Positions 10,167 through 18,245 of a stretch of 64,000 nt of DNA are shown here, piece by piece (position 1 is the stretch's first letter; the number at the start of each line of letters is the position of its first letter). A program made the position numbers and the translations under genes. This stretch comes from Myxococcota bacterium (GTDB taxonomy: Bacteria; Myxococcota_A; UBA796; UBA2385): positions 64,001-128,000 of the forward strand of contig JBIJDH010000021.1 of the NCBI GenBank assembly GCA_044344255.1. The letters run 5' to 3'. The notes under the pieces were generated by a model that worked only from the letters and a program-made list of their open reading frames with translations, did no database searches and was not told where the DNA came from.

Positions 10167-11221
10167 CACAGGCCCACCCCGAGGCCGACGCCGGCAGAGA
10201 GGGAGAGGGCGTCGGCGTAGCCGCCCCGGAGCTCCGAGAGGAGGCTGAGCCGCCGGCTGAGCTCGAGGCCGTGGCGGAGGCGGGCCGACCCGCCGAGGTG
10301 CAGCGCCGCGTAGTCCCCGCCGCAGGCGTAGGGGTGGGACTCGTAGGTGACGTCGAAGAGGCCGCCGAGGCGGAGCCCGGTCTGGCCGAGCTGGAGCTCG
10401 AGGCCGAGGGACTGGGGCGCCCGCAGCCCATCGCCGAGGAGCCCGCTGAGCGCCGCCTCGTAGCTGAGGCGGAGCGAGCGGCCGAGCCCCAGCCCAGCGC
10501 CCACCCGCAGCCCGAGCGCCGCCCCCGACGAGACGGCGGCCTCACCGACGAAGCCGGCCTCACCGATGCCCGTGAGCTCCAGCCGCGGCCGGCCCGTGGG
10601 CCAGGTCTTGGTGAAGCGCCCCGGGCTCTTCGGCCAGGCCTCCGCAGGGGCCGCGGGCCCCGCCTTGGGCATCGCCACTTGCTGCCCGGGGGTGAGGCGG
10701 GTGGTGCCGGCGGCGTTGGTCACGCGCACCACGCCCTCTTCGACGCGGACGGTCACGCGGTCCTCCCCCTCCCCCACCACCAGGAAGCGGGTGCCCTCCA
10801 CCACCGTCTCGACGGTGGCGAACTGCACGCGGAAGGCGCCCCGCACGCGGTAGTAGACCTCACCGAGCTCCTGGAGGACGCTCTGCTCGCTCGTCAGGGT
10901 CACGCGGCTTCCCTCGGCGATGTTGAGCTGATGTCCGTTCGTGAAGCGGAGCTCGGCGCGGCCCTGGCGGGTCTCGATCACCACCCCGACGGGCAGGGTC
11001 TGGCCCCTGCGGGTGGGGGTGCGGACCTCGCCGGCCACCACCAGCACCTCGCCGGTCTCTTCGACCACGCGCCAGCGGCCGGCCATGTCGACGGCGCTGA
11101 GCCGCTCGAGGGTGGCCAGATCGGCCGCCGCCGCCCCGCCAGACAGCCCGAGGGTGAGCCAGAGCAGGCAGACGAGGCGGACGAGGGGGACCGAGAGGAG
11201 GGGGCGCGGGAGGCGGGGCAA
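10166..11221 (-). CDS. FecR-domain protein with C-terminal beta-strand-rich (barrel-like) domain
   Basis: Signal peptide; FecR-like GEVYYRV...VEGTRFLV...VRVEEGVVRV...LTPGQQ; amphipathic strands ending SAGVGLGVGL. Confidence 0.75.
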   Translation of the reverse strand: MPRLPRPLLSVPLVRLVCLLWLTLGLSGGAAAADLATLERLSAVDMAGRWRVVEETGEVLVVAGEVRTPTRRGQTLPVGVVIETRQGRAELRFTNGHQLNIAEGSRVTLTSEQSVLQELGEVYYRVRGAFRVQFATVETVVEGTRFLVVGEGEDRVTVRVEEGVVRVTNAAGTTRLTPGQQVAMPKAGPAAPAEAWPKSPGRFTKTWPTGRPRLELTGIGEAGFVGEAAVSSGAALGLRVGAGLGLGRSLRLSYEAALSGLLGDGLRAPQSLGLELQLGQTGLRLGGLFDVTYESHPYACGGDYAALHLGGSARLRHGLELSRRLSLLSELRGGYADALSLSAGVGLGVGL

Positions 11222-11229
11222 GCGGGCGC

Positions 11230-13302
11230 TCAGGTTGTCTCGGGTGTCGAGGGGCGATGCGGGCGAGGGCGGGCGGAGAGATCATTCCCCGTCGGCGGCC
11301 GTCCCGCCACCCACAGGCCGAGGATCCCGGCCAGCACCGCCGGGGAGAGCCCGACCAGGACCCCGGCCGAGGCGGCGATGAGGCCGATCAGCGCGGCGGC
11401 GGCGGGGATGAGGAGGGCCAGCGCGCGCCGCTCGGGGCGGAGGCCTCGGCTGAGCAGGGCGGTGGCGCCGCCGGTGAGCAGCGCGAGCAGGGCGTTCCAC
11501 TCGACCGCCAGGACCTTCAGCCCGGCCTGGCGGAGCAGGCTCTGGATCAGGGCGGCCTCGATCTCCACCCCGTAACGCGGCCCATCGGGCGTCTCGTGGA
11601 TGTCCTCCGTCCCGCCGTAGACCCCGAGCACCACGACCTTCCCGGCGAGCTCGTCGAAGCGGCCCCGCGCCGCATAGGGGACGACGGGCGCCTCGGCGGG
11701 CGGCGAGAAGGTGAAGAGCCCGCCGGCGATGGGGTTGTGCGTGGGGCCGATGATGAGCGCGTCGCCCTCGATGCGGGGCGGCTCCCGCCCGAGCTGAGCG
11801 GCGACCGCGAGCACGCTCGCGTGCCAGTAGCGCCGGCCATCGGGCAGGACCCGCTCGACCGGCGCGGCGCGGACGGTGCCGAAGAAGCGCTCCTCCTTGG
11901 CCTCCACGAGGCCGAGCGCCCCCCGGGCGAGGGCGGCGTGGGCCGGCGTCACCGCCTCGTCCCAGGCCACCCGCACGGGGAGGACCACGGTCACCCCCGC
12001 GGCGCGAAGCTCGGCCACGGCGCCGGCGATGGCCTCGTCCATCGGCGAGGGGGTGGAGAGCGCGAGGTCGAAGAGCACCGCCCGCACCCCCGCCTCCCGG
12101 AGCGCCCGCAGCGTGCCGGGGTGCTCGGCCCGCAGCGCCTTCACGTCGGGCACGTTCACGCCGAGGATGGCGACGTCGGTGGCCGGCAGCGGCCCTCGGG
12201 TCGCGCGCAGCACGGGGTACTGGAGGGCCACGTCGAGGGGGGAGAGGAGGTCGAGGATCGCGACGAGCGCGGGCAGGAGCAGCCACAGGCCTCGGCGGTC
12301 GCGGCGCCCTGCGGGAGGGGAGGGCGCCGCGGCCCAGGCCAGCTCCGGGAGCGGTGGAGAGGCCGAGGCGCGCGGCGGGAGGGGGACGGTGTCGGCCCCC
12401 GGGGGTGGATCGGCCGCCAGGGCGCCAGCGTCGAAGGTGAGGGCGGCGGTGTCGGGCTCGGCGGGCCGCTCCGCCCAGGTCTCCCGACCGTCGAGCACGG
12501 CCTCCAGCGTGCCGCAGTCCGGGATGCGCCGCTCCCGCTCGGTGACGAGGCAGCCCCGGATGGCCGCGAGGGCACGGGCGGGGAGCCCCGGGTTGAGCGC
12601 GAGCGGGTCTGGATACCTCCCCTCCACGACCGCGTAGAGGAGGGAGACAGAGTCTTCCGCCCGAAAGGGCCGCTTGCCGCAGAGCAGCTCATAGAGCATC
12701 ACCCCGAGGGACCAAATGTCCGCGCGGTGATCGACCCGACTGGCGTCGCGGACCTGCTCGGGCGCCATGTAGGCGGGCGTGCCGAGCGAGACCTGGCTGG
12801 CGGTCCGCGCGGCCCCCTCGTCACCGAGCAGCTTCGCGATCCCGAAGTCGGTCACCTTGGGGACGAGCTCTCCGGCCTCGCCTCTGCTGAGCAGGACATT
12901 TCCCGGCTTGAGGTCACGGTGCACGAGCCCAGCCCGGTGCGCCACGGCGACCGCCGAGACCACCGCGCGGAAGATCGTCTCGGCCTGGAGGTAGGGGAGC
13001 CGGCCCTTTCGCAGCAGGCCGTCGAGCGAGCCCCCCTCGACGAGCTCCATGACGAGGACGGGCACGCCGTCGACGTCGAGCACCTCGCTCACGCCGACGA
13101 TGTGGGGGTGGCGGAGGGCCGACTGGAGCCGCCCCTCCTCAATCATCCGCTCCTGGATCGAGGCGCTGCGCACGTGCAACACCTTGAGGGCGTGGACGCT
13201 GCCCCGCGCGCGGTGCCGGGCCCGGTACACACGGGCCATGCCCCCTTCGCCGAGCAGGGCCTCGATCTCGTACTCGCCGACGATGTCCCCGGGGCGTGGC
13301 AC
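11230..13302 (-). CDS. Ser/Thr protein kinase fused to TM-CHASE2-like domain-3TM
   Basis: GEGGMARV, ALK, HRDLKPGN, DFG, GTPAYMAPE; later AGVRAVLFDL, GKVVVLG, TPDGPRYGVEIEA..IQSLL then three hydrophobic helices. Confidence 0.9.
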   Translation of the reverse strand: MPRPGDIVGEYEIEALLGEGGMARVYRARHRARGSVHALKVLHVRSASIQERMIEEGRLQSALRHPHIVGVSEVLDVDGVPVLVMELVEGGSLDGLLRKGRLPYLQAETIFRAVVSAVAVAHRAGLVHRDLKPGNVLLSRGEAGELVPKVTDFGIAKLLGDEGAARTASQVSLGTPAYMAPEQVRDASRVDHRADIWSLGVMLYELLCGKRPFRAEDSVSLLYAVVEGRYPDPLALNPGLPARALAAIRGCLVTERERRIPDCGTLEAVLDGRETWAERPAEPDTAALTFDAGALAADPPPGADTVPLPPRASASPPLPELAWAAAPSPPAGRRDRRGLWLLLPALVAILDLLSPLDVALQYPVLRATRGPLPATDVAILGVNVPDVKALRAEHPGTLRALREAGVRAVLFDLALSTPSPMDEAIAGAVAELRAAGVTVVLPVRVAWDEAVTPAHAALARGALGLVEAKEERFFGTVRAAPVERVLPDGRRYWHASVLAVAAQLGREPPRIEGDALIIGPTHNPIAGGLFTFSPPAEAPVVPYAARGRFDELAGKVVVLGVYGGTEDIHETPDGPRYGVEIEAALIQSLLRQAGLKVLAVEWNALLALLTGGATALLSRGLRPERRALALLIPAAAALIGLIAASAGVLVGLSPAVLAGILGLWVAGRPPTGNDLSARPRPHRPSTPETT

Positions 13303-13325
13303 CGCGTCAGCCTATCGCGGCGGCG

Positions 13326-14009
13326 CTACCGTGGGCCGAGGGCGCCCATCCCGAGCTCGTCGAGGAGGATCTGCACCACCTGGCGCTGCATCTCCACCCG
13401 CCGGGCCTCGGGGAAGCCCATCCAGGTCTCGACGCAGATCCCGACGCAGCCGATGTCGGCGACGATGACCTCGGTGGAGGAGGTGGCGACGGGGTAGTAG
13501 AGCGTGTCCCAGCGCTCCTCGGCCGAGGCCGCCTCATTCAGCCGCTCCACCCCTCGGCCGACGATCGGCGGCATGGGCTCGACGCCGTACACGAGGGTCT
13601 GCCCGAAGGAGGGCCGCACGGCGGGGTCGTAGCGCTTCTTGCTCTCGTGCAGCGTCGCCATCAGGGCCGGGCGCTCGTCGCGCACCAGGGCCATGAAGCG
13701 GGCCGCGAGCCGCCGCTCCCGCTCGGGGGCCGCCGCGTCTCCCGGGAAGCAGCGGTTGAGGTCGAGCCCGCCCGGCGCCGCGCGCTCCCGGGCCCGGTAG
13801 GCCGGCGGGTTCATCACGGGGACAACGAGCAGCCGCCCCCGCTCCGGGCGGGCCCCCTCCTCGATGAGCTCGAAGAGCGCGTGCACGCCGGCCACCTCAT
13901 CGCCGTGGATCCCCGCCTGCACGAGGGCGGTGGGCCCCGGGGCCGCCGCCTCGAAGACGTAGATGGGCAGGGTGGGGGCGAGGAAGTGGACACCGGGAGC
14001 GAGCGGCAA
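13326..14009 (-). CDS. Succinylglutamate desuccinylase/aspartoacylase (M14-like) family protein
   Basis: GIHGDE, DLNRCFPG, LHES, VET motifs; GGAGG before TTG start. Confidence 0.85.
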   Translation of the reverse strand: MPLAPGVHFLAPTLPIYVFEAAAPGPTALVQAGIHGDEVAGVHALFELIEEGARPERGRLLVVPVMNPPAYRARERAAPGGLDLNRCFPGDAAAPERERRLAARFMALVRDERPALMATLHESKKRYDPAVRPSFGQTLVYGVEPMPPIVGRGVERLNEAASAEERWDTLYYPVATSSTEVIVADIGCVGICVETWMGFPEARRVEMQRQVVQILLDELGMGALGPR

Positions 14010-14182
14010 GGCGGCCTCCGAGCGGGGAGCGGAGCGGACCTAACCCCCGCCGCGGCCGCGCACCGGTCGACGGGCGCGCCCTCCCTGCTTACTTGAGAAA
14101 CCAGTTGCCCACTCTCTGGGAAGGGGCAGCCCCGATCCCCATCCTGTCGCCGGAGACCCCGCCTTTGCCTGTGTCACCACCC

Positions 14183-14199
14183 CTGGCACGCCCCTTGCA
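14183..14199 (+). promoter_or_regulatory. Sigma54 (RpoN) -24/-12 promoter
   Basis: CTGGCACG-CCCC-TTGCA matches YTGGCACG-N4-TTGCW; GG at 14185-86 and GC at 14197-98; predicted start site ~14210. Confidence 0.85.
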
Positions 14200-14209
14200 T
14201 AAGTGTGCT

Positions 14210-15556
14210 GCGGCGCCGGGATGACCGGTGGCTCACCGAGAGGCACCGCGGGGAGGAAATGCTCCGCGGGTCGGGCGACCGACGAGCACTTTGACGTGAA
14301 ACAGACCTTTGAGCGGCACCGGTGACGGAGCGCTCTCTCGATGATGCGGTCCTGGAGTGATCCAGCTCGCGGCGGAGAGACAGCGCAGAAGACACCGGCG
14401 ACCTCGACCTGAACCTCCGAGTCGTCGGAGGATCGAGTGGAGGCCGAGCGAGCCGAGGCGCAGCAGCCAGAACCCCCCATCTGCCCCACCCCCACAGGGT
14501 GACGGTCGATCCGGTCGGGGCGAAGCCCGACAGAGATGTCGGGTGACGCGGAGGGAGAGGGCGACAGCGACTCGAGGAGTGGCCCGAACGAAGGAAGAAA
14601 CCCAAGGGAGCATCAGACCGAAGGGAGGCTGCAAGGCCGCCTGGATGGACTGGACTCTTCACCGGAGCAAGACCCTGAGGTCGCGCGGGAGGGAGGTCGA
14701 GAGGCCGAACCGAGCGTGAACGACGAGAGGGGACAAGGGCCGCGGCGACGCGGTACGGCTGGTTGAAGAGGAGGAAGGCTCCGAAGGGTAGACAGCTCGG
14801 GGGGAGCCAGGCGCGCGAGCGATCGGCATCCCGAACGGGCTGAACCCCAGGATCGGCAGCAGGGTGCAATAAACCTGCAAGCGACCATGCGGAGAAAACC
14901 GCTGTAGCCGGGAAGAACGGCAAGAGCGGAAGGAGCGGAGGGGCGGCATCCCCTTCGCCCAGGCGCGGCCCTCGAGAGAGGACCGAGCCCGGACCGGACG
15001 CATGGCGTGATGTCGATGGAGGGGATCTTTGGAAAACCCCAAGAGAGGAAGTCCGCGAGAGCGGCGTGAAAACCGGCACCCCCGACGGGGAGGTGACGCA
15101 GCGCACGCCGAGAGAACGGACCGCAGGATTCGAGCGCGAGTCCGGCAGGCGACCCCGCGAGGGAGCGACTGAACGGAATCGAAGTCTCTGAAGGTGGAGC
15201 GAAGGTCAGGAAGGTTGAACGAAAGGACGACCCGACACACCTGGTGCTCAGGACAGGAAGTGCCTCACAGACCTGCACACTCAAAAGGTGGCAAGGTCAA
15301 AGAGGACGGCTGGGAAGGCCAACGACCAGCGACCTGAAGTGAGTGGAGAATGGAGCCGGCGCCGCAACGCTGGAGCCAGGTACCGCGACCTTGAAGACCC
15401 CGCCAACCCCACGAGAGGCCAGACGAGCGACGCTGAGAGGGGCAACCCGAACAGCACAGGCAGTCTCCTCGAGTCCCCGCGAAAGCCTCTGCAGGGAACC
15501 CCATCGCCACCCGACGCCAAGAAGCCCTCCAGCGCAAGCTGGAGGGCTCTTTTCGT
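14210..15556 (+). ncRNA. Putative large (~1.35 kb) structured non-coding RNA, class unassigned
   Basis: No credible ORF; purine-rich + strand; more than 10 GNRA-capped hairpins; long-range helices including 14569-14579/15465-15475 (11 bp perfect); bounded by a sigma54 promoter and an intrinsic terminator. Confidence 0.75.
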
Positions 15557-15559
15557 TTT
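15523..15559 (+). terminator. Rho-independent terminator
   Basis: AGCCCTCCAGC-GCAA-GCTGGAGGGCT (11-bp stem) followed by CTTTTCGTTTT. Confidence 0.9.
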
Positions 15560-15630
15560 GTCGGCTCGCTACGGCCCGCCCGGCCCGGGGCCGGACGAGC
15601 CCTCCCCTGTGGGGGGCCTACCGGTTGGAC

Positions 15631-16764
15631 CTACCGGTTGGAGATCAGGTCGGCCGTCTCTTGACGGACGTCGCCCTTGCCCCAGTTGTTGTCCCGATTG
15701 GCGAGCTCGGCGGTCTTTCGCGCCTTCTTCTCGGCCTGCAGCTCCACGAGGTGGTGGTGCGTCGTGAAGTAGGGCAGGGACTTGCCGATGATGTCGGCGA
15801 CCGAGTCGAAATTGTGCATCTCGAGGAAGGACTCGGTGCCGCGGATGAGCTCGGCGACCATGTCGAAGCCCTGGAGCATCGGCCCGGTGCAGGACTGCAC
15901 CGTGGTGGCGCCCACCAACATGTGCTCGATGGCGTCGGCCGCGCTCGTGACGCCGCCGATGCCCGAGATGGTGAAGCCCGGCTGATCGAGGGCGATCTCG
16001 GCCACCATGCGGAGCGCGATGGGCTTGATGGCGAGGTAGGAGTAGCCGCCGAAGGTGGAGTGCCCCTCTACGGTGGGGGTGGGGCGCAGGGTCTTGAGGT
16101 CGATGCCGATCGTGCTGAGGATCGTGTTGATCGCGCTCACCCCGTCGGCGCCGCCGGCCTTCGCGGCACGGGAGGGCACGCGGATGTCGGTGATGTTGGG
16201 CGTCATCTTGGCCCAGACGGGCTTGCCGCCCGCGGCCTCGACCACCCAGCGGGTGACCTCCTCCACCATCGCTGGGTTCTGGCCCATCGCCGCGCCCATG
16301 CCCGTCTCGGGGTGGCCGTGGGGGCAGGAGAAATTGAGCTCGAGCGAGTCGCAGCCGGCGGCCAGACAGCGGCTGGCCAGCTCCTGCCAGCGGTCCTTGT
16401 TGTAACACTCCATGATCGAGCCGATGAGGATGCGGTCGGGCCAGGCGTCCTTGACCCGCTTGAAGTCGTCCTCCCAGTCCTCGAAGGGCCGGTCGCTGAT
16501 GAGCTCGATGTTCTGGAAGCCGACGTTGTCGCCGTTGGTCGAGCGCAGCTTGCCGTAGCGGGGCTGGACGTTGACCACGACGGTGTCGGTGAGGCTGGTC
16601 GTCTTGGCGACCACCCCGCCCCAGCCCGCGGCGAAGGCCTTGTTGATGATCGTGGCGTTGGTGCTGGGAGGCCCGCTCCCGATGACGAAGGGGTTCGGGA
16701 ACCGGAGCCCGTTGACCGTGATGGCGAGCTTGGACGAGCCCGCAGAAGATCCAGCGGTGGACAA
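15631..16764 (-). CDS. preA: Dihydropyrimidine dehydrogenase FMN subunit (PreA/PYD1-like, no C-terminal Fe-S domain)
   Basis: PNPFVIGSGPP, GWGGVVAKT, NIELISDR, ELNFSCPHG, KMTPN, GGYSYLAIKPIAL, SGIGG; TTG start after GAGGT. Confidence 0.85.
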   Translation of the reverse strand: MSTAGSSAGSSKLAITVNGLRFPNPFVIGSGPPSTNATIINKAFAAGWGGVVAKTTSLTDTVVVNVQPRYGKLRSTNGDNVGFQNIELISDRPFEDWEDDFKRVKDAWPDRILIGSIMECYNKDRWQELASRCLAAGCDSLELNFSCPHGHPETGMGAAMGQNPAMVEEVTRWVVEAAGGKPVWAKMTPNITDIRVPSRAAKAGGADGVSAINTILSTIGIDLKTLRPTPTVEGHSTFGGYSYLAIKPIALRMVAEIALDQPGFTISGIGGVTSAADAIEHMLVGATTVQSCTGPMLQGFDMVAELIRGTESFLEMHNFDSVADIIGKSLPYFTTHHHLVELQAEKKARKTAELANRDNNWGKGDVRQETADLISNR

Positions 16765-16800
16765 GGGCGCACCTCGTTGCGCGAAGGGAACGAGCAGTCT

Positions 16801-16911
16801 ACACCAATGTCCCCCCCCAACACCAATGTCCCCCCCCAACACCAATGTCCCCCCCAACACCAGTGTTCCCCCCCCACACCAATGTTCCCCCCCCCACCAA
16901 TGTCCCTCCCC
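16801..16911. repeat. Six ~18-19-bp tandem repeats ACACCAATGT(T)C7-9 flanked by a 12-bp inverted repeat
   Basis: Read directly; CGAGCAGTCTAC 16791-16802 / GTAGACTGCTCG 16922-16933. Confidence 0.95.
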
Positions 16912-16934
16912 GGCGCGGATGGTAGACTGCTCGC

Positions 16935-18224
16935 ATGCTCTTCGAGAACGCATGGCTCAACGGTGATCGGGTAGATATGCGGGTTTCGGGCGGCCGAATC
17001 ACCGCGCTTCGGGTCGTCGCGCCGGCGGGCCCGCGCGCGCCTGACCCTCCGCTCGTCCCCCGCCACGGCGAGGAGGTGGTTCGGGACGGCATGATCTGCC
17101 CTCACTTCGCCGAACCCCACGTCCACCTCGACGCCACGCAGCTCGGGCTGCGCAAGCCGAACGTCTCGGGCACGCTCCGGGAGGGCATCCGCAACTGGGC
17201 AGAGCTGCGCGACGGCCTCACTTGGCCTGACGTACGCCATCGGGCGCTCAAGACCATCCGCTGGTACGTCTCGCTCGGCACCACCCGCATCCGCACCCAC
17301 GTCGACACCGCCTGCCTCCCCGCCGTGGAGGCCCTGATCGCGCTGCGGGCCGAGCTCGCCGACGGCCTGCCCGGCGTCATGGCCCGCCCCGTCGACGGCG
17401 GCCGCGAGTTCAAGATCCCAGTCGAGCTCCAGGTGGTGGCCTTCCCCCAGGAGGGCATCCTCCGCGCCCCTGGGCAGCGGGACCGCCTCAACCAGGTGGC
17501 GGCCCTCGGGGTCAACGCCATCGGCGCCATCCCCCACTTCGAGCGCACCACCGACGAGGGCTGGCGCTCGGTGCGGCTGGCCTTTGATCTCGCCGAGAAG
17601 CACGGCGTGGGCATCGACATCCACTGTGACGAGACGGACGATCCGGACAGCCGCAACCTCGAGGTGGTGGCCGCCGAGTCCATCGACCGCGGGATGGGCG
17701 GGAAGGTGGTCGCCGGTCACTGCACGGCCCTCCACTCCTACCCGAACGCCTACGCGGCGAAGATCGTCGAGCTCACGGCCAAGGCGGGGCTGCTCGTGGT
17801 GGCCAACCCCCTCGACAACGTCGTGCTGCAGGGCCGTTACGACGGATACCCCCGGCGGCGGGGCATCACGCGGGTCGATGAGCTCTGGGCCGCGGGGGCG
17901 CGGGTGGCGATCGGCCACGACTCCGTGATGGACCCCTGGTACCGCCTCGGCACCGCCAACATGATCGATCCCGCCTACATGCTCCTCCATGTGGCCCAGC
18001 TCACGAGCGAGCGGGAGATGAACCGGGTCTTTCACACGCTGCACCGCGAGAACCACCAGCCCTTCGGCGAGGTGCCGCCGATCATGGAGGGTGCCTGGGC
18101 CACCTTCCAGTGGTTCCCCGCCGATGATCCCATCGAGTGCCTCCGCCTCCGCCCGCGTGCCCGCGTGCTCTACCGCGGCGGTGAGGTGCACGTGCCCGTG
18201 GATAGCGCTGACTCCGTGCGCTAG
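16935..18224 (+). CDS. codA: Cytosine deaminase-like amidohydrolase
   Basis: EPHVHLD, GTTRIRTHVD, VAFPQEG, IPHFE, DIHCDETDD, HDSVMDPWY. Confidence 0.9.
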   Translation: MLFENAWLNGDRVDMRVSGGRITALRVVAPAGPRAPDPPLVPRHGEEVVRDGMICPHFAEPHVHLDATQLGLRKPNVSGTLREGIRNWAELRDGLTWPDVRHRALKTIRWYVSLGTTRIRTHVDTACLPAVEALIALRAELADGLPGVMARPVDGGREFKIPVELQVVAFPQEGILRAPGQRDRLNQVAALGVNAIGAIPHFERTTDEGWRSVRLAFDLAEKHGVGIDIHCDETDDPDSRNLEVVAAESIDRGMGGKVVAGHCTALHSYPNAYAAKIVELTAKAGLLVVANPLDNVVLQGRYDGYPRRRGITRVDELWAAGARVAIGHDSVMDPWYRLGTANMIDPAYMLLHVAQLTSEREMNRVFHTLHRENHQPFGEVPPIMEGAWATFQWFPADDPIECLRLRPRARVLYRGGEVHVPVDSADSVR

Positions 18225-18245
18225 GGAGCCGCGCACGGAGGTCGC

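Noticed and set aside
15044..15056. GAGGAAGTCC resembles the RNase P RNA P4 5' strand (GAGGAAAGUCC)
   Set aside because: One A short, no matching 3' P4 element (AGAAYYCGGCUUA-like) downstream, and the transcription unit is far longer than RNase P RNA.
14040..15537. ORFs of 76-310 aa on both strands in the RNA region
   Set aside because: Mutually overlapping, Arg/Ser/Pro-rich, no motifs, no RBS and no native codon bias.
14210..15556. rRNA, tmRNA or group II intron identity for the structured region
   Set aside because: No universal 16S/23S motifs, no tRNA-like ends with CCA, no recognisable domain V or intron-encoded protein, and it does not interrupt a gene. A formal Rfam search is still needed.
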